NCBI GenBank assembly: GCA_964016885.1
Contig: OZ024741.1
Coordinates: forward strand, 201,066,001 to 201,130,000
Direction: 5' to 3'
Length of the DNA: 64,000 bases
Source of the DNA: Eledone cirrhosa
Taxonomy: Eukaryota
Shown: positions 12,341-31,149 of the stretch, one piece after another
Layout of the letters: each line of letters begins with the position of its first letter
How positions within the stretch are numbered: position 1 is the first letter of the stretch
Made by a program: the position numbers and the translations under genes
The notes under the pieces: model-generated
What the model was told of the DNA's origin: nothing
The model's input: only the letters and a program-made list of their open reading frames with translations
The model's database searches: none

Positions 12341-12395
12341 TTCGTCTGATGAAAACGTACTTAAACACCATTGTACCTTTGAAATATGTATAATA
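12341..12395 (+). ncRNA. Degenerate hammerhead in a PLE-like tail ending at about 12497
   Basis: CTGATGA aaacgtac ttaaacaccatt gtaccttt GAAA tatg TA; stem I is poor. Confidence 0.45.
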
Positions 12396-12494
12396 AAATA
12401 AATATTTTGATTATGAGAATATTTTCATTTAATAACATTTTGAATAATATTAAAAACTCCAGGAAAATCTATTGTTGAGTGCTTCTAATCTGTT

Positions 12495-12526
12495 GTTATA
12501 TATAATATATATATATATATTATATA

Positions 12527-12584
<58 letters not shown>

Positions 12585-12600
12585 TATTATTTATTATATA

Positions 12601-12641
<41 letters not shown>

Positions 12642-12746
12642 TATATATATATATTTTATATATATATATTATATATATATATTATATATATTATATATAT
12701 ATATATTATATATATATATTATATATATATATATTATATATATATA

Positions 12747-12791
<45 letters not shown>

Positions 12792-12819
12792 ATATATTAT
12801 ATTATATATATATATATAT

Positions 12820-12910
<91 letters not shown>

Positions 12911-12911
12911 A

Positions 12912-12998
<87 letters not shown>

Positions 12999-13006
12999 AT
13001 ATATAT

Positions 13007-13038
<32 letters not shown>

Positions 13039-13112
13039 ATTATATATTAATATATATATTATATATTATATATATATATTATATATTATATATTATATAT
13101 ATATATATATAT

Positions 13113-13145
<33 letters not shown>

Positions 13146-13211
13146 ATATATATATTATATATTATATATATATATTATATATATATATTATATATTATAT
13201 ATATTATATAT

Positions 13212-13244
<33 letters not shown>

Positions 13245-13673
13245 ATATATATATATATTATATATATATATATATATTATATATATATATATATTATTAT
13301 ATATATATATATATTTTATATATATTATATATATATATATTTTATATATATTATATATATATATATTTATATATATATTATATTATATATATATTATATA
13401 TATATATATTATATATATATTATATATATTATATATATATTATATATATATATATTATATATATATTATATATATATATATTATATATATATTATATATA
13501 TATTATATATATATATATTATATATATATATATTATATATATATATATAATATATATATATATTATATATATATATATTATATATATATTATATATATAT
13601 ATATTATATATATATATATTATATATATATATATTATATATATATATATATTATATATATATATATATTATAT
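12495..13673. repeat. A/T-only (TA)n array with TT phase shifts, running into the assembly gap
   Basis: Directly visible. Confidence 0.95.
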
Positions 13674-13873
13674 NNNNNNNNNNNNNNNNNNNNNNNNNNN
13701 NNNNNNNNNNNNNNNNNNNNNNNNNNNNNNNNNNNNNNNNNNNNNNNNNNNNNNNNNNNNNNNNNNNNNNNNNNNNNNNNNNNNNNNNNNNNNNNNNNNN
13801 NNNNNNNNNNNNNNNNNNNNNNNNNNNNNNNNNNNNNNNNNNNNNNNNNNNNNNNNNNNNNNNNNNNNNNNNN
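13674..13873. other. Assembly gap (200 N)
   Basis: N run. Confidence 1.
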
Positions 13874-14176
13874 GGCACTGCTTTCAGTGTTTGCCAATTT
13901 TTAGACAACTCTATCATTGAAACAATTGTTACACTGTAAATAAATTTCCTTGTAGGTACTGTTGACCATGTTATTCTTCACTTTTTCAATTATATTACTC
14001 CAAGATATACTTACATAGGAATACAAGTGAAGTCATAAACTCGTCCTCCACGTAAATCTCTTGTTGAGTCATACAACGCCGTACGCTAAAACTGTCCATG
14101 ATAAGAAGTATTCACAACCTCCAATCGGATTACCTATAACGATATCTTGTTATCCTCTCTCTCTCTATATATATAC

Positions 14177-14254
<78 letters not shown>

Positions 14255-14520
14255 GACAATAAGTAGTGTAGCTTTTTGTTAACTTTAATTCATATTACAA
14301 TTTGTTTATCGATCAGCTCGGGTTAGATCTCGACTCTTAATCGACACATCTTCAGATATGAAAGGTTGCGGACACAGTAACAGCATCGACAGCTTCGATC
14401 AACGTCGCCGCAAGTTACCAAACTACGTGCGCGCGCACACACGCCCCCCCCCCCCCCCCACACACACATATATATATGAGTGTGTGTATATATATGTATA
14501 TATTTATATATATATGTGTG

Positions 14521-14568
<48 letters not shown>

Positions 14569-14840
14569 TGTGTGTATATATTTATATATATATATGTCTG
14601 TATATATATATACATATATATATATAAATATATGTGTTTGTGTTGTACATATAAGTCGCAAATGAACAGGTACATTTATATGTATCTATCGCAGATTTTC
14701 TCTAAAGACACCTGTAACTTTATACGTGCATTCCTTTTTATGTTTATGTATCTATATATATATATATATGTGTATGTGTGTGTGTGTGTGTGGATATATA
14801 TGACAGTGCATAAACCTGTCGGCTGGAACACGTAAAAGAG

Positions 14841-14889
<49 letters not shown>

Positions 14890-14932
14890 TACTCTTACAC
14901 ATATATACAAACACACACATACATATATATAC

Positions 14933-14964
<32 letters not shown>

Positions 14965-16485
14965 AAACCATAACTGTTGAACGCGCAAAGATAAGCGCAA
15001 ACAAAATGACTTAAGTACAAAGCAGAAAGCTATTCACGAACTGGAATAACATTCATACACCTAAACTAGACCTAACCTACCATGTACATACCACACTAGA
15101 CATGAAGTAAACAACTAATCAACTGGTTTGGAACTATATCCCAAAACTCACTCCCATGCATAACAATAACCAAGCCTACACTGCTTCTTGGAACGTCATA
15201 AAGCTACAAGCTCCATATTACGCCGTTTCTATCAGTGGGAGTGCATACGTATACATTTATTATTGCTATATTACGATTGAGATGTTCGCGTGTAGGAATA
15301 TATGAATTCTTGTGTGATTCACAGACTGTTAGAAGTTTCTGATTATGTAAATACTCTGAAAATATATCATTATCTTGGAGAAAACATAGCTACTTATTAA
15401 ATTTACACGTATAGATTTTTTTATGTATGGCAAGCAGGCTGGTAGATTTCTGTCCGTACGAAAGTAGTCATTGTAGAAGAGAATAAGACAAGTGTTTATC
15501 TATGTCAACAGTGGCATTTCTTTTGTGTCCAATGTCAGGTATGTATTATATATTTGCTGCAGTTCATTCTTTCTATATGGAACAGTAACACACAGCCACG
15601 ACTTACTTTTGACAAGATATCGACTATACAAGAAAAAAAAGGAGAAAGGAAGAAAATAAATAAAAATACAAAGGATAAAGAATAAGAAGACTGAAATGTA
15701 ACAATAAAACTATCATAAATCTATACAGACATGTACTTCCATGTGTATTTTGTCTGGCAATATTGTGTATTTAAAGCCATCATCTTACCCTATGTATCAG
15801 GACACATGTGTGTAGAAGGCTCCCTTTGTGTGATACAATGCTTTCAAAGACCTGGACAAATATATTTCCGTGTGGACACCTTAATGGGCTTTGAGATGTA
15901 ATATATATATGTGTGTGTGTGTGCGTGTGTGTGTGTGCGTGCGTATATGTGTGTGTGTGCATCTTAACAAAGAAGAAGGGTTATTATGGAAAGTCGAAAC
16001 GCTTAGTTCGTTATATGTGATGTGAGAGGCACTGTAGGATTGATAGGTGAAGGAGAGGTAATTGTGTCGAGCAAAACTTCACTGCAGCACGTTTGTTAAA
16101 AGAAAGAAAGTTCGATGTCTTTAGTCGTAGAAACAGTGGAGACAGTAAAGTAGAACGTGTTGAACCAATGGTTGTAGCTTGTCTGTGAGTGTAGAAGCAC
16201 CTCAAGTATGTGAGAATAACCCAGTGGGGATCTTGCTTAACCTATTTGATACCAATCCAGCCGAAAGCGCCTTTGCTTCTATGGAACAAAACCATCCGTT
16301 TTAAAGGGCTTCTATTTAAATTAAAATCTTTTATCATATATATATATATATATATATATATACGAAACTTTTGTTATGTCATAAATACCATCTTAAATAA
16401 TATTAGTAAATCCTCCTAAATTCTTCATTAATCAAATCAAAACATATTTACTCTTATATATATATGTATGTATGTATATGTATAT

Positions 16486-16872
16486 GTTTTCCTTCTCCTA
16501 GAATTCTGCCTTGTCAAAGGCTAAGGGGTGGTCTCTCCCGGTGATTTTGGATGGCCATTGACTCTTAAGAGCTCCTTTGCCCTTTGGCAGGTTTTGTTTT
16601 TAGTTCTGGCTTTGTGCAGTGAATTGCTCACTATAAAAGCTTCACGGCAGAGGCATTGCTTTATATCTGGAGATCTCTCTGCACTTGTCGTCACATGGTA
16701 CCATTGGCCCAGCACTATGTGTCAATAATTGTCACAAGTGTAGTGTTTGTACCAGAGTTTTCAAGTCGCTGGCTGGACTAAAAAGTCACACTCGTTCAGC
16801 GCATCGGTAGGGGTTCTCCTACATGGATATAAAGTAGTGGCCGTACTCGAAAACGAGTTGACAGCCACCATA
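16486..16872 (+). mobile_element. RTE-like short non-autonomous element with 5' inversion
   Basis: 16486-16603 is the reverse complement of about 58285-58402; 16605-16872 is colinear with about 58494-58760. Confidence 0.85.
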
Positions 16873-16929
16873 TGTATATGTATATAACATACAGTATATG
16901 TTATTAAAAACAAGGTAACGAAAGGGTTA

Positions 16930-17760
16930 AAGCTTTGTAGAAATTCAGCAACTGATCTGGGAAGTAAAGGAAGCCTACTTTTTTGGTAATGTTGTATAAA
17001 GTGAGTTTGCCATAAGACATCAGAAATCGTAAGAGTTATTATTTGTGCGATTTGTAAGAGTTATTATTTGATGTCAAATTCTTTCCTTGATGTTCACAAC
17101 CATGTCTTGACTCTGTTGACATCTTTGTGTCTCTATTGGATGGCATTTACAAAGCATGTCCTTGAGTGCCGTACAGGTCTGTCATATGTACAGAAGGTTA
17201 TGACGTGAAAAGTGCTATTATCTGCATAAGATAATACCAAAATGTGTTACGAGAAGAGATAGCGAAATCATTAATGTGTTGAGGGACGGGTTTGAAAGAC
17301 ATGGAATACCCTAGATTTGATGAGATGTGGACAGAAAAGAGTCTTGTCAGTGTATACTGAAACATCTTGTCAGTGTATGCAGGCCACATCATTACAGAGT
17401 TATCACCGAAGAGAAACTGAGGCTCAAAATAGTGGACGATGTGATTGGTTACGACTATCTCCTTCACCTTTACGATATTGAGAGTGAGGGTGACACTGCG
17501 ATAGTTAAAAGGAGCAGATAGGTAGCTCGTTCGGAAATTGAACACACTCTATCGTTTTTCCAGGGCGAGGATAGATACCTGTAGACAAATTTTCAAGAAA
17601 TTGGGGAGGAAAAGTGGTAAGACTGGAGTTCACGCTTTAAGAATAATGGAAGAGAAATTGTTAGACTGGTGTATTCAAAGAAGGATTCACACTTCGAAAC
17701 TACGAACATTAGAATAAAACAAGTGGAGTAAAGATAAAAAGAGTAGAAATTTATTTGTGC
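16930..17760 (-). pseudogene. Old LINE reverse transcriptase relic
   Basis: SAPFNYRSVTLTLNIVKVKEIVVTNHIVHYFE..LFGDN (NYRPISL-like) and SYADNSTF (YADD-like); many disablements. Confidence 0.65.
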
Positions 17761-18087
17761 AGATAATAGTTTGGGGCAAATACGATAGCGTAGTAGCTAA
17801 GAGACATTATTATCCTGCTGTCAATTGCAGTTTAAATCAAAAGCAGGGCTGAAATCTCATGTGAGATGTGCACATATTGACCTATGAGCGATTAATTATG
17901 TATGGAATACGAGAGAAGTTTGTCGGATGTTTTAGGGTATAATGAAAGTTCCGGGCATGCTTCGGTATCGTTAACACTTATCAGCGAAACAGACACATGC
18001 AATATCTTTGATCTAACAAACTATCTAGTATTGCATTGAAATTGTTATTTTAAAGATGACACGCTATTAGCTAAAATGTACAATAGA

Positions 18088-18088
<1 letters not shown>

Positions 18089-18181
<93 letters not shown>
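18089..18181. repeat. (TG)n microsatellite
   Basis: Directly visible. Confidence 0.95.
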
Positions 18182-18184
<3 letters not shown>

Positions 18185-18186
18185 AA

Positions 18187-18288
18187 ATAGAAGCTTTCGC
18201 CGTATTTTTTACTAAAGAAATTTTAGCCTCTAAGAAATTTGTTTAGTCAAAAATACGGCGAAAGCTTCTGTTTCAAATTTCAAACTCG

Positions 18289-18292
<4 letters not shown>
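18187..18292. mobile_element. Short fold-back copy of the 11383-11754 family tail
   Basis: agaagctttcgccgtatttttt...aaaaatacggcgaaagcttct, continuing with tttcaaatttcaaactcgctc. Confidence 0.75.
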
Positions 18293-18329
<37 letters not shown>

Positions 18330-18411
18330 CTCTAGGGTTCTTATGTATTTGATATATATGTATCCTTATCGAGACCTCTTTGGACTTTAGTCTTCAAATT
18401 TATTATTATTA

Positions 18412-20892
<2,481 letters not shown>

Positions 20893-21082
20893 TAGGAACC
20901 AGTAAGACCCCGACAGCTGAGCTCAAGCCGTTTCGACGGCTAATTCCAGAATTAGCCGTCGAAACGGCTTGAGCTCAGCTGTCGGGGTCTTACTGGTTCC
21001 TATTACCCACTCTACTACCTCAAGTATTGAGTACTTTGGTGCGTTATGGTCCACCTGGTTCCTTACCACATTTCCTTCGTTA
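20893..21082 (+). mobile_element. Fold-back PLE-like tail (palindrome 20893-21002) containing the 3' half of a hammerhead
   Basis: gacggctaattc-ca-gaattagccgtc GAAA cggct tgagctc agctg TC ggggtc; near-identical inverted copy at 41885-42079. Confidence 0.8.
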
Positions 21083-21339
21083 TATATATATGTATATATA
21101 TATATACATATATATGTATGTATATATATATATATATGTATATATATACATATATATGTATGTATATATATATATGTATATATATATACATATGTATATA
21201 TATATATGTATATATATATACATATATATGTATGTATATATATATATGTATATATATATATATACATATATATGTATGTATATATATATGTATATATATG
21301 TATGTATATATATATATATGTATATACATATATGTTTAT

Positions 21340-21648
21340 ACTCTTCTTTTTGGTAAATATCATCTTGGTTAAAAGAGTGGGACCGGCTTTGTGCAGTGAC
21401 TTTGCTCACTATAAAAGCTTCACGGCACAGGCATTGCTTTATATCTGGAGATCTCTGCAGTTGTTGTCACATGGTACCATGGGCCCAGCACTATGTGTCA
21501 ATAATTGTCACAAGTGTAGTGTTTGTACCAGAGTTTTCAAGTCGCTGGCTGGACTAAAAAGTCACACTCGTTCAGCGCATCGGTAGGGGTTCTCCTACAT
21601 GGATATAAAGTAGTGGCCGTACTCGAAAACGAGTTGACAGCCACCATA
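21340..21648 (+). mobile_element. RTE-like short element, 5'-truncated, in (TA)n
   Basis: Matches about 58452-58760; encodes [25 protein letters not shown] (C2H2-like C-terminus). Confidence 0.85.
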
Positions 21649-23149
<1,501 letters not shown>

Positions 23150-23251
23150 AAATGTGAAGTAATTCCGTCGGAAAAGTCCAGGAAAAAAGAGTGCTCTATG
23201 TAAGTAACAGAGCTTAATTATTATTATGTAATAAACAACATAAGTCAATTA

Positions 23252-23310
23252 TTCCATTTACCAGTGGTTTCTTAAAAGCGAAAGGTTTTGCTTTCAATCC
23301 TCAGAATGAA
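23252..23310 (-). ncRNA. Intact type I hammerhead in a PLE-like tail (about 23150-23345)
   Basis: ttcatt CTGAGGA ttgaaagc aaaacctttc gcttttaa GAAA cc act gg TA aatggaa; all three stems pair. Confidence 0.8.
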
Positions 23311-23455
23311 AAAATCCTGGTTTGTTTATTGAATTTGGATCTTAAAAAATATATAATATATATATATATATACATATATATAACTTTGAAATGTTTTGGC
23401 CAGTATTGGCCCAGGCCATGTCTAACTTAACAGCACCACCTGGCGAAGTCTTTCA

Positions 23456-26400
23456 ATTCAGGATTTGGGCACCATGGCCCATTCGAGAAGAGAATTACTG
23501 TTTGCGGAGACATATCCGGGTGTGGGTGGTTTGTCCGGGATTACTTGGAGGAATTTGTCCAAAGACTTCTTGAATTTTGTGTGGTCAGTTTCTGTTTTGA
23601 CGTGTCCTGGTTGATATTGAAGAGAGCAGGGCCGATTGAGGTGAAATAATTGTGCCGTATTGTTGTTATGAGTTGCGATTTAGATTTTTGAATGGGACGG
23701 ATAGCACGGGGCCCAAGCCTTGGGTGTATCTTGAAGGCGATGCCAACATCATTTGGGCAGTGATGATGGAACATTTTCCACATCATGCAGATAATATAAC
23801 GCTCACAGCGACGTTGGAGTGAGTAAAGTTTCAGGTTTTCTAATCGACCCCAGTAGTCAAGGTCTGACATGCCATCTATCTTTTTCGTGATTACCCTTTG
23901 AGGAGCTTCAAGTTTCATGATACTTTGTTTCGTGTGGGGAGACCACAGTGGACAACAGTATTCAAGGTGTGGTCGGGCAAAAGTAGAGAAGAGAAGGATA
24001 ATGGTGCGGGAATCTCTCGACTGGAAGGTTCTGAGGATCCAGGAACACATTCTGCGGGCCATGTCAACTTTGCTGCTTATATGCGTGGTCCAGCTTATGT
24101 TGCTGTCCACGGTTACTCCCAAGTCTCTGATGTTGTTAGATGCCACGAGAGTTTCCCCGGAGGGAAGGGAGTACGGGAGTTTCAGAGCATCCTCTTTTCC
24201 AAAGTGGATCAGTTCGAATTTGTCTTCGTTCAGTAACATGTTGTTCTTTTCCGCCCATTGGGTAACAGCCAGTAGGTCTGACTGAAGGCTTATCCGGTCA
24301 TCCACGCCATTGATGACCTTTTGGAGCTTGGAATCATCAGCGAAAATTTTAATGTTGCTGTGTTTGATGATGTCAGTGATGTCATTAATATAGATGATGA
24401 AGAGAAGTGGGCCCAACACAGTGCCTTGTGGGACCCCACTACTGACTTTGGCTGGGCTGGATTTGACTCCCTCAACTACAACATGTTGGGTTCTGTTTGA
24501 CAGGAAGCTCTTGATCCACTGCAGCAGCTTTCCAGTGACACCAATATTGGACAGCTTTCTCAGTAGAATGTTATGATCAACCCTGTCAAAGGCCTTGCTG
24601 AAATCAAGGTAGATAACATCAGTGTTGGAACCCTCTCCCAAGGCTCTCAAAATGTCATCAAAGTGATGCAGTAGCTGCGTCAGGCAATTCCTTCCATTAC
24701 GGAATCCATGCTGGTTGGAGTTCAGCATATTGTTACTCTCAAGGAAGTGGGTCATTCGCGATCTCACCACTCTCTCAAATACCTTAATGATATGAGAGGT
24801 GAGTGAGATTGGACGGTAATTCACGGCAAGGGATTTGTTTCCCTTTTTGAAAACTGGGACAACAGACTGGGATAGAAGGTTTTCTGGCACATATCCAGCA
24901 TCCAGTGAGTTCCGCCACAGATTGGCAAGAGGAGATGCAAGTTGGTGTTGACACGCCTTCAAGACACAAGCAGGGAACCTATCGGGACCTACTGCTGAAT
25001 TATGCTTGATTTCCTTTATTGCCGCCAAGACATCAGGGGCGCCAAACGTTATGTCCGATAAGGTGTAATGGGGAGTAACATCGCCGATACAGCCCAGATC
25101 GGCCATATCAGGATTGCTGAAAACAGAGCAGTATTGTTTCTGCAGTATCTCACCCATGGTTTTAGCATTGTCTTGAAGAGTGCCATTTTCATCAATTAGA
25201 GGGCCAACAGTAGAGCCAGTGATTTTGTGTTTTTTTTGCAAATGAAAAGAACACTTTGGGATTGAGTTTGATCTTCTCAATGGCCCAGGCCTCCTCAGCT
25301 CTTCTCTGATTGTTGATGAGGGACATTATGTTGTTTTGGAGGTTATGTTTTTTAATCTCTAGTGATGAAATGGCAGTTAAGTTGATGTGTTGCTGCTGAC
25401 AGTATTTCAGCTTGTTGATTTTTTTGTTCGTTCTCTTAATTTTTCTGATGAGCGTTTTTCTATTTCTAGGGATTCTGCTCTTATATTTGTTTATAGTTCT
25501 TAATGGGGTGTGTTTAGCACATATGTTTGTAACACTGTTCACAAATGTCTGCCAGGACTTTTTGATGTTAGTGGGTGTATGAGTGTGCGTGAAGGACCAG
25601 TCGACATGTGCAAGATCATGACTGATCGCTTCCCAGTTTGCATTGTGGAAATCCATAGCGTCAAACGGATGGACAGGAGAGATGACATTGGGTTTGTATA
25701 TTGGACGGTGGAATCTCAGATCACAGAGAACCATGTCATGATCAGAGAGTAGAGTTTTCTCCACTGCAATATTGTGGATATTGTCAGTGTGATTGCTGAA
25801 AATTAAGTCTAGGACGTTTTTGTGGCACCTCGTTGGTTCGAGCACCAGTTGGGATAGGAAGAAATCATCCATGAAGTCAAGAAGCGATTCCACAGCTTCC
25901 CTGTCAGAGGTTGAGGCAGAAGAACCTGGTGGCAGGCTGTTTGTGGACCAGTCAACTCCGGGGAGGTTGAAGTCCCCCATCATTAAGATGTTGTCAGGGT
26001 GACACTCTTGGATGAAACACTTTATGCTGTTGAGGCATTCCTTGAAGCATGGTACAGGCGTTTGGGGTGGCCTATAGAGGCCAACTACTAATAGGTTGTT
26101 GGTTTGACTGAATACAGTGACTGCCTCACAGTATCCATTAGTGAATATGTTCATAGCCTCTGTTGAGAAAGAATTATGGACATAAATGGCAGTTCCGCCC
26201 TTTCTTCTGCCAGCGCGATCTGCACGGATGGCTTTGAAATTTTTCACTTTCACCTCGGCTTCCAAGTGGAGGTTACTGAGATGGGTTTCAGTGAGGACGA
26301 AGAAAGGGATGTGGTTTGGATGGACATCAATCCAGTCCTCCAGGAATTTGATCTTCCATTTTTGAGTATTGGTGGAAGGGCTGATGCCTTGGGCGTTAAG

Positions 26401-26478
26401 CAAAAATGTAGAGGCGAGAGTGGATGGTTTTAATTGTTTTGGTGTGTTGTTAATTTGTTTGTTTGTTAATGGCAGCAA
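23456..26478 (-). pseudogene. LINE ORF2 (APE endonuclease + RT) with frameshifts near 25235 and 23610
   Basis: NAQGI, LTETHL, GGTAIYV, YRPP, GDFN, LDLIF, SDH; YRPISLTS, QHGFR, YLDFSKAFD, GVPQGTVLGPLLF, FADD, DLGV; C-terminal PDKPPTPGY..NSL in a shifted frame. Confidence 0.9.
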
Positions 26479-27020
26479 TGGGAGTTTGTGCAGTGGGGTG
26501 ATAGTGGAGGGTGGTGCTGGGTGATAGCTCGAATGTTTTTTTCCAGTACTTTTACCAGATTCATTATGGCTAAAAAAGAGGAAGAAGTTTCCTGTTTAGA
26601 AGATTGTTGGTGACTGTGGTAGTGGTTATTTTTATGTAGGTTATGGTTTTTGTTTTTGTTTTTATTTTTAATTTTATTTTCATTTGTCCGACGGGTCCCC
26701 GGGAGATGGGTAAAGGGACAATCCTGGTCTAAACACAATCTGTCTCGCAGGGAAAAGCGGCAGATTTGTGGATTCCTTGTTTGAGTTATTGGTGGTTGTG
26801 TTCGTGTTAAATTAGAGTATGTATTATGGTGGTGGCTGTTTGTGGGGATAGATCGTTTTGTCCTAGGTAAATGGGTGAATTTGCAGCCACTATCCGTACA
26901 TATTCTATAGCGTAGAGAGTAGCGGCAAATGATGGGGTTTCGAGTGGGTGGGTATGTGGTGTGTGTGTTGTGAGAGGTGTAGATGATGGTTTGGGTAGGA
27001 TTTGACGACCTTTGTGGAAT
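26466..27020 (-). CDS. LINE ORF1 C-terminal part with tandem CCCH zinc fingers (partial)
   Basis: [19 protein letters not shown] and [19 protein letters not shown]; the stop overlaps the start of the ORF2 frame. Confidence 0.75.
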   Translation of the reverse strand: MPQRSSNPTQTIIYTSHNTHTTYPPTRNPIICRYSLRYRICTDSGCKFTHLPRTKRSIPTNSHHHNTYSNLTRTQPPITQTRNPQICRFSLRDRLCLDQDCPFTHLPGTRRTNENKIKNKNKNKNHNLHKNNHYHSHQQSSKQETSSSFLAIMNLVKVLEKNIRAITQHHPPLSPHCTNSHCCH

Positions 27021-27994
<974 letters not shown>

Positions 27995-28066
27995 AAATAA
28001 AAAAAGATGAAATCGAAAATGCAACTGGAGTCTTCTTTTTAAAAAAATATATATATTTATTTGGTT

Positions 28067-28104
28067 CCTTTACCGGTTTCGCAGTTCTTCTGCTTTTCAA
28101 AAGT
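28067..28104 (-). ncRNA. Type I hammerhead, U3:A8 core variant (element about 27995-28135)
   Basis: actt TTGAAAA gcag aagaa ctgc GAAA ccgg TA aagg. Confidence 0.7.
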
Positions 28105-28137
28105 AGAGTTGAGATGGAGGGTCTGTGGTTTTACATG

Positions 28138-28493
<356 letters not shown>

Positions 28494-28503
28494 TATGTAC
28501 ATA

Positions 28504-28541
<38 letters not shown>

Positions 28542-28551
28542 TATGTACATA

Positions 28552-28705
<154 letters not shown>

Positions 28706-28779
28706 CGTATACATATACATTTATATGTATATATATATATATATATTGGATTAAATGCTCTGAAATAGCGATATATATG

Positions 28780-28970
28780 TGAAGATAGACATAGAATATT
28801 CGAAAATATTCTGTATGTTTATAATAAACATTTTGAAGACCTAATCGCTATAGAATTGCTTTTATCGAGATTCTAATTGTAATACGTGACGTATTCTATT
28901 CTATAGCGATTAGGTCTTCAAAATGTTTATTATAAACATACAGAATATTTTCGAATATTCTATGTCTATC

Positions 28971-28974
<4 letters not shown>
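28780..28974. repeat. Fold-back palindrome (arms about 76 bp, spacer about 40 nt) between TA arrays
   Basis: gaagatagacatagaatattcg...ctatagaat / attctatagcg...ctatgtctatcttc; no clear hammerhead. Confidence 0.9.
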
Positions 28975-29014
<40 letters not shown>

Positions 29015-29039
29015 CATATATATATATACATATATATGT

Positions 29040-29076
<37 letters not shown>

Positions 29077-29153
29077 TGTATACATATATATATATATATA
29101 TACATATATGTATACATATATATATATATATACATATATATATACATATATGT

Positions 29154-29198
<45 letters not shown>

Positions 29199-29217
29199 TA
29201 TATACATATATATATAC

Positions 29218-29248
<31 letters not shown>

Positions 29249-29280
29249 TATATACATATATATATAAGCATATATATATG

Positions 29281-29314
<34 letters not shown>

Positions 29315-29365
29315 CATATACATATATATATTAACATGCATATATATATATATGTGTGTGTGTGT

Positions 29366-29577
29366 GAAGACGTGTGGTTGGAGAATTGGATTCGCAATCG
29401 TAAGGTTGTGAGTTCGATTCCTGGACCAGGCGATGCGTTATGTCCTTGAGCAAGACACTTTATTTCACGTTGCTCCTTCTACCTGGAGTTGCGACCGATA
29501 GATAGTATTAGCAATTGGAAAGACCAACGGAAACATTGTTCCCTCGGTCCGATTTGACGAAAGTCGATCTTTCCTTT
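29366..29577 (+). mobile_element. tRNA-headed SINE family B with structured tail ending in (TA)n
   Basis: gtggttggag...gagttcgattcc head, then tccttgagcaagacactt domain, then tail ...ggtccgatttgacgaaagtcgatc. Copies at 36819-37015 and 45101-45253. Confidence 0.8.
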
Positions 29578-29606
29578 TTATATATATATATACATATATA
29601 TTTATA

Positions 29607-29644
<38 letters not shown>

Positions 29645-29792
29645 AGCATATATTTATATATAAATATATATAAATACATATATATATATACATGCATATA
29701 TATATATATATATAAATATATTTATATATATATGCATATATATATATATATATATGTATATGCATATATATATATACATATATATATGCATA

Positions 29793-29828
<36 letters not shown>

Positions 29829-29880
29829 AAGCTAATTCACCTCTAGGGGTTGTATTGATGACATAAATGGGACCTGCCCC

Positions 29881-30510
29881 TTGTATAGGAGCAAATTTTG
29901 GAATAGAATAGAAAGAACTAGGAACAAGGCTAATAGAATAAACTCATGGTATGATAGCAATAAATACCAGAGTGTAATGTTCATCAATACAACCCCTAGA
30001 GGTGAATTAGCTTACAAATTTAGAAGGGCCCTAAATAAACATAAACTCAATATTAAGATAGTAGAAAGACCAAGTACCTCCGTAAAAACACTTATTAGCA
30101 AGACATACCCTTTTCAAAGACCCTCATGTATAGATAAGAAATGTATAACCTGTAAAATAAGCCCCCATATTAACTGTAAAACTAGAAATGTAGTGTATAG
30201 CATAAGATGTACTGAAGGACAATGTAGAGACAAAAATATAATGTACATAGGTGAGACAGCTAGTAGTGTCGGGGAACGGATAAATGAACACTGGCGAGAC
30301 CTTCAAGATAATAAAGAATCATCTGTACTCTACCAACATGCTAAGATAGAACACAAGGCTAAATTAGAGAACATAGAAATAAAAATAGAATCTACACACA
30401 GAAAAGACGCAATGTTTAGACAAATTACAGAGGCAATAAACATAAAAGAATTACAACCAAAATTAAATAGAAAATATGAGTGGAACAGCAACATCACAAC
30501 TTACAATTAA
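29881..30510 (+). CDS. PLE C-terminal fragment: Cys-rich linker + GIY-YIG endonuclease (open frame, no true start)
   Basis: VVY/YIG motifs with conserved R, H, E and N; the Cys linker suggests Neptune-type. Confidence 0.8.
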   Translation: MYRSKFWNRIERTRNKANRINSWYDSNKYQSVMFINTTPRGELAYKFRRALNKHKLNIKIVERPSTSVKTLISKTYPFQRPSCIDKKCITCKISPHINCKTRNVVYSIRCTEGQCRDKNIMYIGETASSVGERINEHWRDLQDNKESSVLYQHAKIEHKAKLENIEIKIESTHRKDAMFRQITEAINIKELQPKLNRKYEWNSNITTYN

Positions 30511-30712
30511 GGACAAAATGAAAACACACACACACACATAGAACAAACAACCAACCAGTAACATGTAAATAAACAAATAAATAAATGAACATAAACACAC
30601 ACAGACACCCGGATGTGGCGCATGCGCAGACTGAGCACACAACACACACACAGAAACAAAATGGCGTAGGACAGAACAAAGGAGAGGCACTGAAACAAAG
30701 AAAGGAATCCCC

Positions 30713-30757
30713 AGTCACTGAAGAGGTCACAGAGTGTGTGACGAAAGAACTATGACT
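30713..30757 (+). ncRNA. Minimal type I hammerhead ribozyme
   Basis: agtca CTGAAGA g gtcac agagtgt gtgac GAAA gaac TA tgact. Confidence 0.85.
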
Positions 30758-31035
30758 ATATATAAACAACTATCTGGTTGTGGAACCAACCAACCAACCA
30801 GAAATTTATAAATTTATAAATATATAATAAATTGAAGTGAAAGCAACTGGTGCGTGTGTTTCTTATTGGCAACATGACCCTCCCAAAGTATAACAATATC
30901 GGTTTCAACACACGATTTCAGATAAAGAATCTTGGTAAACAAATTCAGAAACGAAATATATATATATATATATATGCATATATATATATACATATATATA
31001 TATATGCATATATATATATATGCATATATATATGC

Positions 31036-31067
<32 letters not shown>

Positions 31068-31149
31068 GCATATATATATATATATGCATATATATATATA
31101 TGCCTATATATATATATATATATATATATGCATATATATATATATATAT

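Larger units (their letters stand above)
23382..27020 (-). mobile_element. CR1-group LINE, near full length, 5' end lost in (TA)n
   Basis: ORF1 C-terminus with two CCCH fingers; ORF2 with APE endonuclease and RT; short 3' UTR; TA repeats at both ends. Confidence 0.9.
29830..30958 (+). mobile_element. Penelope-like element, 5'-truncated (GIY-YIG endonuclease + 3' tail with hammerhead)
   Basis: ORF 29881..30510 has CIDKKCITC...NVVYSIRC...YIGET...RINEH...EAINI...LNRK; hammerhead at 30713-30757; TA arrays on both sides. Confidence 0.9.

Noticed and set aside
14250-14365. CTGAAGA-containing tail on the minus strand; similar weak motifs at about 6790-6830, 34670-34730, 48528-48563 and 48900-48930
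   Set aside because: GAAA or stem pairing is missing or too degenerate to call.
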